From: Candidatus Saccharimonadota bacterium
GTDB lineage: Bacteria > Patescibacteriota > Saccharimonadia > Saccharimonadales > SZUA-47
DNA length: 64,000 nucleotides
Direction: 5' to 3'
Assembly (NCBI GenBank): GCA_016700315.1
Contig: CP065013.1
Coordinates: 774,727-838,726 of the forward strand
Each line of letters begins with the position of its first letter. The first letter of the stretch is position 1. Position numbers and translations under genes: made by a program. The notes beneath the pieces are model-generated. The model ran no database searches. It worked only from the letters and a program-made list of their open reading frames with translations, and was not told the DNA's origin. This document shows, in pieces, positions 48,058 through 57,275 of the stretch.

Positions 48058-48770
48058 CTATTTTATGAAGGAGTTTTCGATGCGTGTTTTATTGTGTTCA
48101 TATTGTTCGTTGATTATTTTTCGGGCGTAGTTTAGGTCGTTCGTAATATGGTAGAGCTTACGATCTCCTTTGCTGATTAAACCATTCTTGAGCATATGAC
48201 GCTTGATGTAGCGATCGAGCGGGTTCCAGAATTTCTTACCAACTAGGATTATTGGAACCGGCGCCATTTTGCCAGTTTGGATTATTGTTATAACCTCAAA
48301 AAACTCGTCGAATGTGCCAAAACCCCCAGGAAAAAAATGAAACCATGTGAATAGAAAGTCATCATAACTTTACGAGTGAAAAAGTAGTTAAAGGCGAGGC
48401 TGCTGGTAGTGTAAGGGTTGAGGTGTTGTTCTTTAGGCAATACTATGTTAAATCCAATCGAGACATGCTGCTCATCGAACGCGCCGCGGTTGCTCGCTTC
48501 CATGACGCCACCACCACCGCCAGAAACTATAGCAAAGCCGTCTTGTGCTAGCATGGCAGCTAAATCGTGGGCTTCGCGGTAAGCTTTGAATCTGTTGGAA
48601 ATTCTTGCTGACCCGAAAAAAGTTACTCGCTTTGGGTATTTTTTTAAGATCTTGAAGGCTTCTTCGAATTCTTCGTCACTTGTACGTAGCTTGCGTGATG
48701 ATTTCTGGATACTGGCAATCTGCTCGGCGCTCATTTTCCATACTTTATCTTCGTGTGTGTGTTTGTGCAT
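48058..48770 (-). pseudogene. LOG-family (cytokinin riboside 5'-monophosphate phosphoribohydrolase-like, TIGR00730) gene frameshifted at an A7/T7 homopolymer (48330-48336)
   Basis: Upstream ORF ends ...FNYFFTRKVMM; alternative frame after the T7 run gives FFPGGFGTFDEFFEVITIIQTGKMAPVPIILVGKKFW, the canonical LOG motif. Confidence 0.65.
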
Positions 48771-49390
48771 ATGCTTATCATTGTACAGCGTATAGCGGTT
48801 AGGGTGAAGCGGTAAATAGCAAGTAGCAAGTCCGCCGATGGCGGCTTGGAACGATGAACGAGGAACTATGAACGAGGGAAAGCTAGCGGTTAGCGTATAG
48901 GGGTTAGGGTTTAGTAGTAAGCGTAAAATTCTAAACTCTAAGCACTAAATTCTAAAATAGACCCTAGCTCTTGGCTCATGACTCTTGGCTCTATTTGAGC
49001 GGTACGCAGTACAGGGTACGGGGTACGGGGTAATATTTGCTGGTCCCTAGTCCCTGGACCCTGGTCCCTAGTAGGTACGCGGTACGGAGTAATTTTTACT
49101 AACTACTAACTACTAGTCCCTAGACCCTCGACCCTCGACCCTGGATGGTACGTGGTACGCGGTACGGGGTAATATCTACTAACTACTAACTACCAACTAC
49201 TAACTACTAGCTACTAACTACCAACTACCAACTACCAACTACCAACTACTAGTCCGTAGCCCTAATCACTTTAACCTCTAACCTCTAACCTAATCATGGC
49301 TCTTCTATCAACTATCAACCATAAACTATCAACTCGTCATTACTCAGTAAACAGTATTCAGTTATCATTCCATTGTCTATAATGTAGCTA
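48771..49390. repeat. 620-bp non-coding satellite of heptamer microsatellites arranged in about three higher-order units
   Basis: Runs of GGTACGG, CTAACTA/CCAACTA, GACCCTC, ACCTCTA heptamers visible directly. Confidence 0.75.
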
Positions 49391-51358
49391 ATGACTAAGT
49401 TTAAGATAACGAGCGACTATAAGCCCGAAGGAGATCAGCCGGAGGCCATAGAAAGCCTAGTAAAGGGGCTAGAAAATGGGGCCAAGGAACAAGTTTTGCT
49501 TGGAGTAACTGGTTCTGGTAAGACTTTTACCATGGCTAATGTTGTGGAGCGGGTTCAACGCCCAACGTTAGTAATTTGCCATAACAAAACTTTAGCAGCC
49601 CAGCTGTACGAAGAGTTTAAAAGTTTCTTCCCAGACAATGCAGTGCACTATTTTGTATCATACTTTGATTACTATCAGCCGGAAGCCTATATACCAAGAA
49701 GCGACACATATATAGAAAAAGACAGTGACATAAATGAAGAGATCGACCGCCTGCGCCACGCAGCGACGGACTCTCTGCTAACCCGCCGTGATGTTTTGAT
49801 AGTGGCCAGTGTGTCTTGTATCTACGGTATTGGCAGCCCCACAGACTACGCCGATCTGGCCGAACATGTCGTAAAAGGCCAGCGTAAGGTTCGTGATAAG
49901 TTTATTCGTCGCTTGACGGATATCCAGTATCAGAGAAACGACATTGACTTTCATCGAGGTACTTTCCGGGTACGCGGCGATTCTATTGATGTTTTCCCGG
50001 CGGCCGAAGAGCTAGCTTACCGGATAGAGTTTTTTGGCGACGAAGTAGAGAGGATCCTCAAAATTGATCCTTTGACTGGAGAAATACTGGCTAAGCCAGA
50101 GAGAATCGGTATTTTCCCAAGCAGTCACTATGTTACACCGCAGGAAAAGGTAAAATCAGCGCTTGCCAAGATTGAGGTTGAGCTAGCTGAGCGCACAGCA
50201 TACTTTAAGAAACATAATCAACTCCTTGAGGCACAGCGGCTTAACCAGCGTACACGTTTTGACGTCGAGATGCTCGAAGAAACAGGGTTTGTGAAAGGTA
50301 TCGAGAATTACAGTCGCTACCTGACAGACCGCGAACCAGGTGAACAGCCCGCAACGCTGCTAGATTACTTCCCAGATGATTTTTTGATGCTGATCGATGA
50401 GAGTCATATGACCTTACCGCAAATTAGAGGAATGTATAATGGCGACCGAGCTCGCAAAGAGGTTTTGGTAGATTACGGCTTCCGATTGCCTAGTGCATTG
50501 GACAACCGCCCCCTAACGTTTAGTGAGTTTGAGCGGCACGTTAATCAGGTTGTATATGTTAGTGCAACCCCGGCCGAGTACGAGCTGAGCCGCAGCCCTA
50601 AGCCCGTTGAGCAGGTGATTCGACCGACCGGGCTAATTGATCCGCCGATTGAGGTGAGGCCCGTCGAAGGCCAAGTTGATGATCTGATAGCAGAAATTCG
50701 CCAACGGGTTAACGCCAACCAACGAGTTTTGGTGACAACTTTAACCAAGCGTATGAGCGAAGACCTCACCGAGTATCTCCAGGAACTAGGAATGAAGGTT
50801 GCATATCTTCACAGCGATGTTGATACGATGGAGCGAAGCGATATATTGAGGGATCTAAGACTCGGTGTTTATGATGTTTTGGTGGGCATAAATCTACTAA
50901 GAGAAGGGCTAGACTTGCCGGAAGTGTCGCTGGTTGCAATTTTAGACGCCGACAAAGAAGGTTTCTTGCGTTCAGCTCCAGCGCTTATCCAGACAATTGG
51001 TCGCGCCGCAAGACATGAACAGGGCAAGGTAATTATGTATGGCGACGTAATAACCGGTAGCATGAAAACTGCGATTGATGAAACCAATCGACGACGCACA
51101 ATCCAGCAAAGCTACAACGAAAAACACGGGATCACGCCTACTAGTGTCAAGAAGCGTATTGCCGAGCGGCTCAGCCATGAAGATTCGGCCGACGACAAGA
51201 AGAAAAAGATTGACCTGCGCAAAATTCCAAAAGAAGAATATAAGCACCTGATCCGTGATCTAACATCGCAGATGAACTTGGCTAGTGCCAACCTCGAATT
51301 CGAAAAAGCAGCCGAGCTGCGTGACCTAATAAAAGAGATAAACGCAAAGCTTGAATAG
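49391..51358 (+). CDS. uvrB: excinuclease ABC subunit B
   Basis: [12 protein letters not shown] Walker A, helicase motifs, C-terminal UvrB/UvrC interaction helix. Confidence 0.95.
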   Translation: MTKFKITSDYKPEGDQPEAIESLVKGLENGAKEQVLLGVTGSGKTFTMANVVERVQRPTLVICHNKTLAAQLYEEFKSFFPDNAVHYFVSYFDYYQPEAYIPRSDTYIEKDSDINEEIDRLRHAATDSLLTRRDVLIVASVSCIYGIGSPTDYADLAEHVVKGQRKVRDKFIRRLTDIQYQRNDIDFHRGTFRVRGDSIDVFPAAEELAYRIEFFGDEVERILKIDPLTGEILAKPERIGIFPSSHYVTPQEKVKSALAKIEVELAERTAYFKKHNQLLEAQRLNQRTRFDVEMLEETGFVKGIENYSRYLTDREPGEQPATLLDYFPDDFLMLIDESHMTLPQIRGMYNGDRARKEVLVDYGFRLPSALDNRPLTFSEFERHVNQVVYVSATPAEYELSRSPKPVEQVIRPTGLIDPPIEVRPVEGQVDDLIAEIRQRVNANQRVLVTTLTKRMSEDLTEYLQELGMKVAYLHSDVDTMERSDILRDLRLGVYDVLVGINLLREGLDLPEVSLVAILDADKEGFLRSAPALIQTIGRAARHEQGKVIMYGDVITGSMKTAIDETNRRRTIQQSYNEKHGITPTSVKKRIAERLSHEDSADDKKKKIDLRKIPKEEYKHLIRDLTSQMNLASANLEFEKAAELRDLIKEINAKLE

Positions 51359-51434
51359 AAATAGATTAAAAAAATTTTACATGAGTAATAGAATAGTGTT
51401 ATAATAACTTTTAATAAGTAATTAGGCGAACTAT

Positions 51435-52742
51435 TTGAAATCTATTGTTGATGAGTTCTGGGACGAATTAAAAAATAACAGCATTATATATTTATATATA
51501 TTTTTATTTTTTAATGGCATAATTTTTATAATTTACTATAAATTTAAGTCATTCAACTCCAGTAGTCTTTCTGACATATTTTATCTATACTCTGTCCTGA
51601 CTCTTGTAACACTACTGATAAAATACGTTGCATGTCTTTTCCACCCACAAGATAGATGGGCGATGATTAGGCCTCGAAAATGGCCGTCAATAGACATTAT
51701 AATACCTGGTTATAATGAAGGAAGTGCTGTGTATGAAACTGTACGAAGTATAAATAATTCAAACTATCCTAAAGATAGATTGAATATCGTCCTAATTAAC
51801 GATGGTTCAACAGATGATACGCTTGCACATATGAAGCGAGCTCAAGAAAAATACAAAAAGCGAAATGTTGCTGTCATTAACTTTAGAAAAAATAAAGGTA
51901 AAAAAGAAGCGATGGCGGCTGGTTTTCGAAAAACAAAAAGTGAGTACGTAGTTTTTGTTGATAGTGATAGTAAAATAAAAAAAGATTGTTTGAAAGAGTT
52001 GATTCGTCCTTTTTATAGTAAAAATTCAAAGATTCGTGCCGTATCTGGTCATGCACTAGTATGGAATAGTGATGTAAATCTACTAACAAAAATGCAAGAA
52101 ATTAGATATTTCAATGCTTTCAGATCCACTAAAGCTGCCGAGAGTCTTCTTGGTTTTGTTTCATGTTGTCCAGGATGTTGTTCTGCATACGAAAGAACCG
52201 CTATGAAAAAGATCCTAAAACCGTGGTTAGATCAATCATTCTTAGGAGCCAAATGTACATATGGCGATGACAGAAGTCTCACTAATTTCATTCTTAAAGA
52301 CGGACATCATACTGTATATAACCAAAAAGCTGTAGCATATACGATAGCCCCGCATACATATAAAAAATTTGCTAAACAGCAATTAAGATGGAAAAAATCT
52401 TGGGCACGTGAAAGTGTCGTAGTAATGTCGTTCGTATGGAAGAGAAATCCTATAGTATCTCTCATGATTGGTATAGATATCATTACACCTTTCCTTGCAC
52501 CAATAGTAATTATTCAGATCTTCCTTTTCCACTCTTTTGTTAACACTGCGTCATTTTATGCTTACCTAGTCGGAATTTTAATATTTGCGAGTTGTTTCGG
52601 CTTATTTTACAAAATACACAATTCACAAAGTAAAAACTGGCTTCGAGCTTCGCTAATTTCATCGCTGGTCAGCATTATTTTATTCTGGCAATTGCCATAC
52701 GCACTTATGACGCTAAAAGATACCAAGTGGGGTACGCGATAA
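51435..52742 (+). CDS. processive family-2 glycosyltransferase of the hyaluronan-synthase / NodC / chitin-synthase type
   Basis: N-terminal TM helices, DGSTDDT, DSDS, GDDRSLTN and QQLRWKKSW motifs; about 30% GC versus about 48% in flanks. Confidence 0.75.
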   Translation: MKSIVDEFWDELKNNSIIYLYIFLFFNGIIFIIYYKFKSFNSSSLSDIFYLYSVLTLVTLLIKYVACLFHPQDRWAMIRPRKWPSIDIIIPGYNEGSAVYETVRSINNSNYPKDRLNIVLINDGSTDDTLAHMKRAQEKYKKRNVAVINFRKNKGKKEAMAAGFRKTKSEYVVFVDSDSKIKKDCLKELIRPFYSKNSKIRAVSGHALVWNSDVNLLTKMQEIRYFNAFRSTKAAESLLGFVSCCPGCCSAYERTAMKKILKPWLDQSFLGAKCTYGDDRSLTNFILKDGHHTVYNQKAVAYTIAPHTYKKFAKQQLRWKKSWARESVVVMSFVWKRNPIVSLMIGIDIITPFLAPIVIIQIFLFHSFVNTASFYAYLVGILIFASCFGLFYKIHNSQSKNWLRASLISSLVSIILFWQLPYALMTLKDTKWGTR

Positions 52743-52822
52743 GAGAGATTTTTCTTTTTTTGAAGAATTTAACAATTCATGTATAATAGTTGTAATAGGT
52801 TTTTTTAAAGGAGTGATTTTTA

Positions 52823-52993
52823 ATGAGTGAAACTGGAAATACAGGAACAGCAGTTCTCGGAGCGTCAACAACAGTAGCAAGCACTGTGGCGTTAGCTAAG
52901 ACAGGAGCTCCGTTAGTGATGTCTATAGCCGTAGGCGCGACGCTAATAACTTTAACACTTACTGTTTTTCTTAGCAGAAGAAAAAGCAACTAA
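52823..52993 (+). CDS. 56-aa peptide with LAKTG-hydrophobic-SRRKSN C-terminus (sortase sorting-signal-like) and no N-terminal signal peptide
   Basis: AAAGGAG SD 8 nt upstream of ATG; MSETGNTGTAVLGASTTVASTVALAKTGAPLVMSIAVGATLITLTLTVFLSRRKSN. Confidence 0.4.
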   Translation: MSETGNTGTAVLGASTTVASTVALAKTGAPLVMSIAVGATLITLTLTVFLSRRKSN

Positions 52994-53010
52994 AAAAATA
53001 GCCAAACAGT

Positions 53011-54348
53011 ATGACTAAGAATGATCTTGGTTCAGTTTGTGTTATTGGTCTTGGATATGTTGGCTTACCTCTTGCCGTACAAGCGGCGCACAAAGGATTT
53101 ACCGTATTTGGTATCGATCTTAATAAAGACATTGTCGATAAAGTAAACAGCAGAATCTCACCTTTTGTAAATGATCCTGGATTTGAACATGAGTTACAAA
53201 GCCTTGAAAGTGGTAGCCTAAAAGCCCATACATCTTATGGCCCTATCGTATCTTCTGATGTAGTTATCATATGTGTTCCGACTCCTACTGATAATAACAT
53301 CCCAGATTATAGTTATGTAGAATCTACTGCGGAAGAAATAGCTAAAAGATTGAAAAAAGGTCATCTTATACTATTAGAGAGTACTATTAATCCTGGAGTA
53401 ACACGAGACAAAGTTTTACCAATCCTTGAGTCAGCGTCGGGCCTTACAGCAGGAATAGATTTCCACCTTGCGCATTGTCCAGAAAGAATTGACCCAGGCA
53501 ACAAAAGATTTAATGTTAAAAACCTAAATCGTGTCGTGGGTGGAATTAGCTTAGAGTGTAGCGAAAAAGCGGCCGCGTTTTATAGAAAAATTATAAACGC
53601 TAAAATCATTCAACTTGATACGACTGAAGAAGCCGAATTTGTAAAATCATGGGAAAATAGTCACCGCAATGTAATGATAGCGCTAGCAAATCAAGCTGCG
53701 GTTATTTGTGATTCATTAGGAATGAATATCGATAATGTACTACTTGGGCTCAATTCAAAAGTTGAACAATTCGGTCTCAAGCTAGCTAAGCCCGGTATTG
53801 GACCTGGTGGGCATTGTATCCCAGAAGATATTCACTATGTTATTAGCAGGGCAAGACAAAGCGGTTTAGACACTAGTCTCTTAGACGGTGCTGTACGTTT
53901 TAATGACGGTATGCCGAGTTACGCAGTGTATAAACTTGAAACTATGGTCAAATCTGATGGTAAAAATTTTAAGAGTATGAAAGTTGGAATACTAGGAATA
54001 GCCTACAAAGAAAACGTAGCTGACCCAAGAAGGAGCCCTGCAATTGATCTCGTGAATTCGCTCGTCCAAAAATGTCAAAAAGTTATTATACATGACCCGT
54101 ATGTTGATAGGTCGTACCTTGAATCAATAAAGAACGTGGGAGTGTCAAGCACACTAGATGAGTTATTAAACACATGTGATGCGTTTATTCTAGCAACAGC
54201 TCATACGGTATATATAGATTCTATTAATAAAGAAATTATTAAGAAGAGTAGCATTAAATATGTGCTTGATGGACGTAATGCGTTTGATACGGAAATGTTT
54301 AGAAACGTAGATGTTAGGTACTCCGGAATAGGTAAAAACTTAAAATAG
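53011..54348 (+). CDS. UDP-glucose/GDP-mannose dehydrogenase family (nucleotide-sugar 6-dehydrogenase)
   Basis: VIGLGYVGLP NAD fold, GGHCIPED catalytic Cys region. Confidence 0.8.
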   Translation: MTKNDLGSVCVIGLGYVGLPLAVQAAHKGFTVFGIDLNKDIVDKVNSRISPFVNDPGFEHELQSLESGSLKAHTSYGPIVSSDVVIICVPTPTDNNIPDYSYVESTAEEIAKRLKKGHLILLESTINPGVTRDKVLPILESASGLTAGIDFHLAHCPERIDPGNKRFNVKNLNRVVGGISLECSEKAAAFYRKIINAKIIQLDTTEEAEFVKSWENSHRNVMIALANQAAVICDSLGMNIDNVLLGLNSKVEQFGLKLAKPGIGPGGHCIPEDIHYVISRARQSGLDTSLLDGAVRFNDGMPSYAVYKLETMVKSDGKNFKSMKVGILGIAYKENVADPRRSPAIDLVNSLVQKCQKVIIHDPYVDRSYLESIKNVGVSSTLDELLNTCDAFILATAHTVYIDSINKEIIKKSSIKYVLDGRNAFDTEMFRNVDVRYSGIGKNLK

Positions 54349-54368
54349 GTACTCATTTCTTTAAAGAA

Positions 54369-54890
54369 ATGATGCGACCGATAACCTTCGAAGATCTTTC
54401 GGGCGATGTTTGTGGAACTAGCACTCATACTACCGATATTCTTCATCCGGCCATCAAAGTAGTCAAGGAAGGGCCTGCATCGGCTCCAGCAGGCGGCAAA
54501 GTCACCTACAACTTCAGCGTTACAAACACAGGTGATACAACTTTGTCGATTGAATCGGTTATAGACGATATTGCCGGAGTGGGTACTTACGTATCAGGCG
54601 ACACCAACTCAAATGCTAAGCTAGATGCCGGTGAGATCTGGCTGTACCAAGCGCAGTACATGGTACCATCTAGCCAAACCGCCAATGTTAATAACACAGT
54701 GGTTGTCTGCGTTAGGGACGGCTTGCAGCTACAGGTTTGCAGTAGCGACAAGCACAGCTTGACTATTCCAAAAGTTCTAGGACTTCAAACTACAGGGCAT
54801 GGCACGACAGCGCAGCTAGTCTGTGGACTGTCGATAATCTTTGCTGTTAGTTTGTTGCTAGCCACGCGCAAAATCAAAACAGATCGATAA
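54369..54890 (+). CDS. DUF11-like repeat-domain surface protein (possibly a fragment) with C-terminal LQTTG-hydrophobic-TRKIKTDR tail
   Basis: KVTYNFSVTNTGDTTL typical of conserved-repeat-domain proteins; no signal peptide. Confidence 0.45.
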   Translation: MMRPITFEDLSGDVCGTSTHTTDILHPAIKVVKEGPASAPAGGKVTYNFSVTNTGDTTLSIESVIDDIAGVGTYVSGDTNSNAKLDAGEIWLYQAQYMVPSSQTANVNNTVVVCVRDGLQLQVCSSDKHSLTIPKVLGLQTTGHGTTAQLVCGLSIIFAVSLLLATRKIKTDR

Positions 54891-54908
54891 ATCCTAAAAC
54901 GCAAAAAA

Positions 54909-54938
54909 GAAAAGCCCCAGCATTGGCCGGGGCTTTTC
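54909..54938 (+). terminator. rho-independent terminator (bidirectional hairpin)
   Basis: AAAAGCCCC...GGGGCTTTTCT. Confidence 0.55.
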
Positions 54939-54957
54939 TGGTATAATTATTTATAAG

Positions 54958-55251
54958 ATGTCGAAATTAACTCTGGATGAAGTTTTTCATTTGGCCAAAT
55001 TGGCTCGCCTCAAATTGTCTGAAGATGAAGCGCTACATTTTAAGGACGAGTTAAGCGCAATTTTGAGCTACGTCGAGATGCTGAATAACGTTGATGTTGG
55101 CGACCTTATGCCGACTTATCAGGTGACTGGCTTACAAAATGTGACCAGGCCAGACGTAGTCGATACTAATCAAACCTTAAAAGCCGACCTGTTCAAAAAC
55201 CTTCCGGCTACCCAAGATGACCAGATCAAGGTTAAAAGGATGATTGTATGA
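54958..55251 (+). CDS. gatC: Asp-tRNA(Asn)/Glu-tRNA(Gln) amidotransferase subunit C
   Basis: Size, VxHxAxLARL N-terminus, translationally coupled to gatA. Confidence 0.85.
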   Translation: MSKLTLDEVFHLAKLARLKLSEDEALHFKDELSAILSYVEMLNNVDVGDLMPTYQVTGLQNVTRPDVVDTNQTLKADLFKNLPATQDDQIKVKRMIV

Positions 55252-56714
55252 GCGGGCTGGCCAATACTGTTAGCGATGATGACGGAGCGCGTTCGGCTTG
55301 GCCGCTGATTGAAGACATAGCCAAAGAGGTTACCGATAGTAAATTTGGTGCTCTTAGAAACGTTAACGAGGCTTTAAAGAGACTAAAAGAAACTAGTGAC
55401 TTCAATCACAGCATCTGTTTACTAGAAGACTCAGCGGTTGCTAGAGCCAAGCAGATTGATAATAGACTATCGCGCGGCGAAGACGTGGGGGTTTTGGCCG
55501 GTGTGCCTTTTGTCGCCAAAGATAATTTTTTGGTACTGAGCGGGCAAACTACCGCTGCGAGCAACATCCTGGAAAATTTTGAAGCACCTTATCAGGCAAC
55601 GGCCATTAACAAACTAGAGGCAGCAGGTGCGATTTGTGTAGCCAAGGCCAATCTTGATGCCTTTGCTCATGGGTCTAGCACCGAAAATAGCGACTTTATG
55701 GTCACTAAAAACCCGCATGATAAGTCTAGAGTTCCTGGCGGGTCTTCGGGTGGTTCGGCAGCTGTTGTAGCACTCGGCTGTGTACCGTTCGCCCTTGGTA
55801 GTGATACTGGCGGTTCAATCCGTCAGCCAGCTAGCTTATGCGGCATTGTGGGCTACAAACCAACCTACGGGTTAATTAGTCGTAGCGGAGTAGTGGCTAT
55901 GGCCAGTAGCACCGACTGTATCGGCGCTTTTACTACTAACAGCCGAGACATGGGCGTTGTGATTGATGTGATGGCGGGTAAGGATCCGCTAGATTCTACT
56001 ACCATCGAACGCGAAGATTCATACCGATCTACAAACAAAGCTAGTCTAAAGGGTCTAAAAATCGGATTGGTTAGCGAGTACATGAAAGAAGGACTCGAGC
56101 CAATTGTTAAAGAAAAAGTCCTAGCCAGCATTGACAAGCTAAGGGCGGCCGGGGCCGAGATTATCGACATTTCGCTGCCTAGTCTGCCACTTGCTTTAGC
56201 AGTTTATTATATAGTTGTGCCTGCTGAGGTTAGCAGTAATCTGGCCCGTTATGATGGTCAGCGTTATGGGTACTCCAATGCCGATGCTAAGTCTCTTGAA
56301 GACAGTTATTCTCTAAGTCGAAGCCAAGGTTTCGGTGCAGAGGCTAAGCGGAGAATTATGATTGGTACCTATGTTCTTAGTAGCGGCTACTATGATGCAT
56401 ACTACAAAAAGGCTCAGACAGTACGAACCAAACTTATCAAAGAATTTAATGATGCATTTACAAAGATAGATTTGCTTGTCGGGCCGACTACACCTTCCCA
56501 GGCGTTCAAAATTGGCGAAAACACAGATAACCCGCTGCAGATGTATCTATCAGATATTATGACTGTTTCAGCTAATCTGGTGGGCGTGCCCGCTATAAGC
56601 TTACCTCTATCAGTAAGCGCTGGGCAGCTACCAGTCGGTCTACAGTTAATGGCGCCACAAAAACAAGATGCCAAACTATTGAAACTTAGTAAGCTTGTTG
56701 AAAAGGAGATATAA
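55248..56714 (+). CDS. gatA: Asp-tRNA(Asn)/Glu-tRNA(Gln) amidotransferase subunit A
   Basis: Amidase signature GGSSGGSAAVVA, catalytic Ser-cisSer-Lys. Confidence 0.9.
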   Translation: MSGLANTVSDDDGARSAWPLIEDIAKEVTDSKFGALRNVNEALKRLKETSDFNHSICLLEDSAVARAKQIDNRLSRGEDVGVLAGVPFVAKDNFLVLSGQTTAASNILENFEAPYQATAINKLEAAGAICVAKANLDAFAHGSSTENSDFMVTKNPHDKSRVPGGSSGGSAAVVALGCVPFALGSDTGGSIRQPASLCGIVGYKPTYGLISRSGVVAMASSTDCIGAFTTNSRDMGVVIDVMAGKDPLDSTTIEREDSYRSTNKASLKGLKIGLVSEYMKEGLEPIVKEKVLASIDKLRAAGAEIIDISLPSLPLALAVYYIVVPAEVSSNLARYDGQRYGYSNADAKSLEDSYSLSRSQGFGAEAKRRIMIGTYVLSSGYYDAYYKKAQTVRTKLIKEFNDAFTKIDLLVGPTTPSQAFKIGENTDNPLQMYLSDIMTVSANLVGVPAISLPLSVSAGQLPVGLQLMAPQKQDAKLLKLSKLVEKEI

Positions 56715-57143
56715 ATGAAAGACTTAACCAATATTACACCAGAGAAGCTCCTCGTGATTATGCTTGTTGGGATAGTTCTAATTCTGGGCTTTGTATTGCT
56801 GCTAAAGAAAAAACCACGGAAATTAAAGTCAGACATGTACCTAGAGCGATGGCGTGAGATTCAGTCTCTTTTGAAAGACAAAAAACAGTGGCCGATGGCA
56901 GTATTAAATGCTGATGCTCTACTTGATGAAGTGCTCAAAAAACGTAAGGTGCGCGGATCTAGCATGGGCGAAAGAATGGTTAAAGTTCAAAAAAAGTTTT
57001 CAGATCACGATGCTGTTTGGGCGGCTCATAAACTTCGAAACAAAATTGCTCATGGAGAGTTAAAGATGCCTAACCAAGAAGATGTTAAAAGTGCGTTACT
57101 TGCGATAAGACAAGCTTTAAAAGACATAGGAGCGCTTAAGTGA
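56715..57143 (+). CDS. small membrane-anchored hypothetical protein inserted between gatA and gatB
   Basis: Single TM helix then a basic, helical domain. Confidence 0.45.
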   Translation: MKDLTNITPEKLLVIMLVGIVLILGFVLLLKKKPRKLKSDMYLERWREIQSLLKDKKQWPMAVLNADALLDEVLKKRKVRGSSMGERMVKVQKKFSDHDAVWAAHKLRNKIAHGELKMPNQEDVKSALLAIRQALKDIGALK

Positions 57144-57275
57144 TTACAAGGCAATTTTCAATTTTCAGAATTGCATCCACTCCCATTAAAAGAAAAAGTA
57201 GTTTATTAGATATTGATTATTGGAAATTGATTAAAAATTGCAAATTGAAAATTGTAAATTGTGAAGCGGTAATAT

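Noticed and set aside
48771-49390. Possible CRISPR array
   Set aside because: Repeats are 7-nt microsatellite units without unique spacers of 25-40 nt. No CRISPR array exists anywhere in the window.
52777-52989. 70-aa minus-strand ORF between the GT2 and dehydrogenase genes
   Set aside because: The overlapping plus-strand 56-aa ORF has a strong RBS and a coherent sorting-signal-like architecture; the minus-strand ORF has neither.
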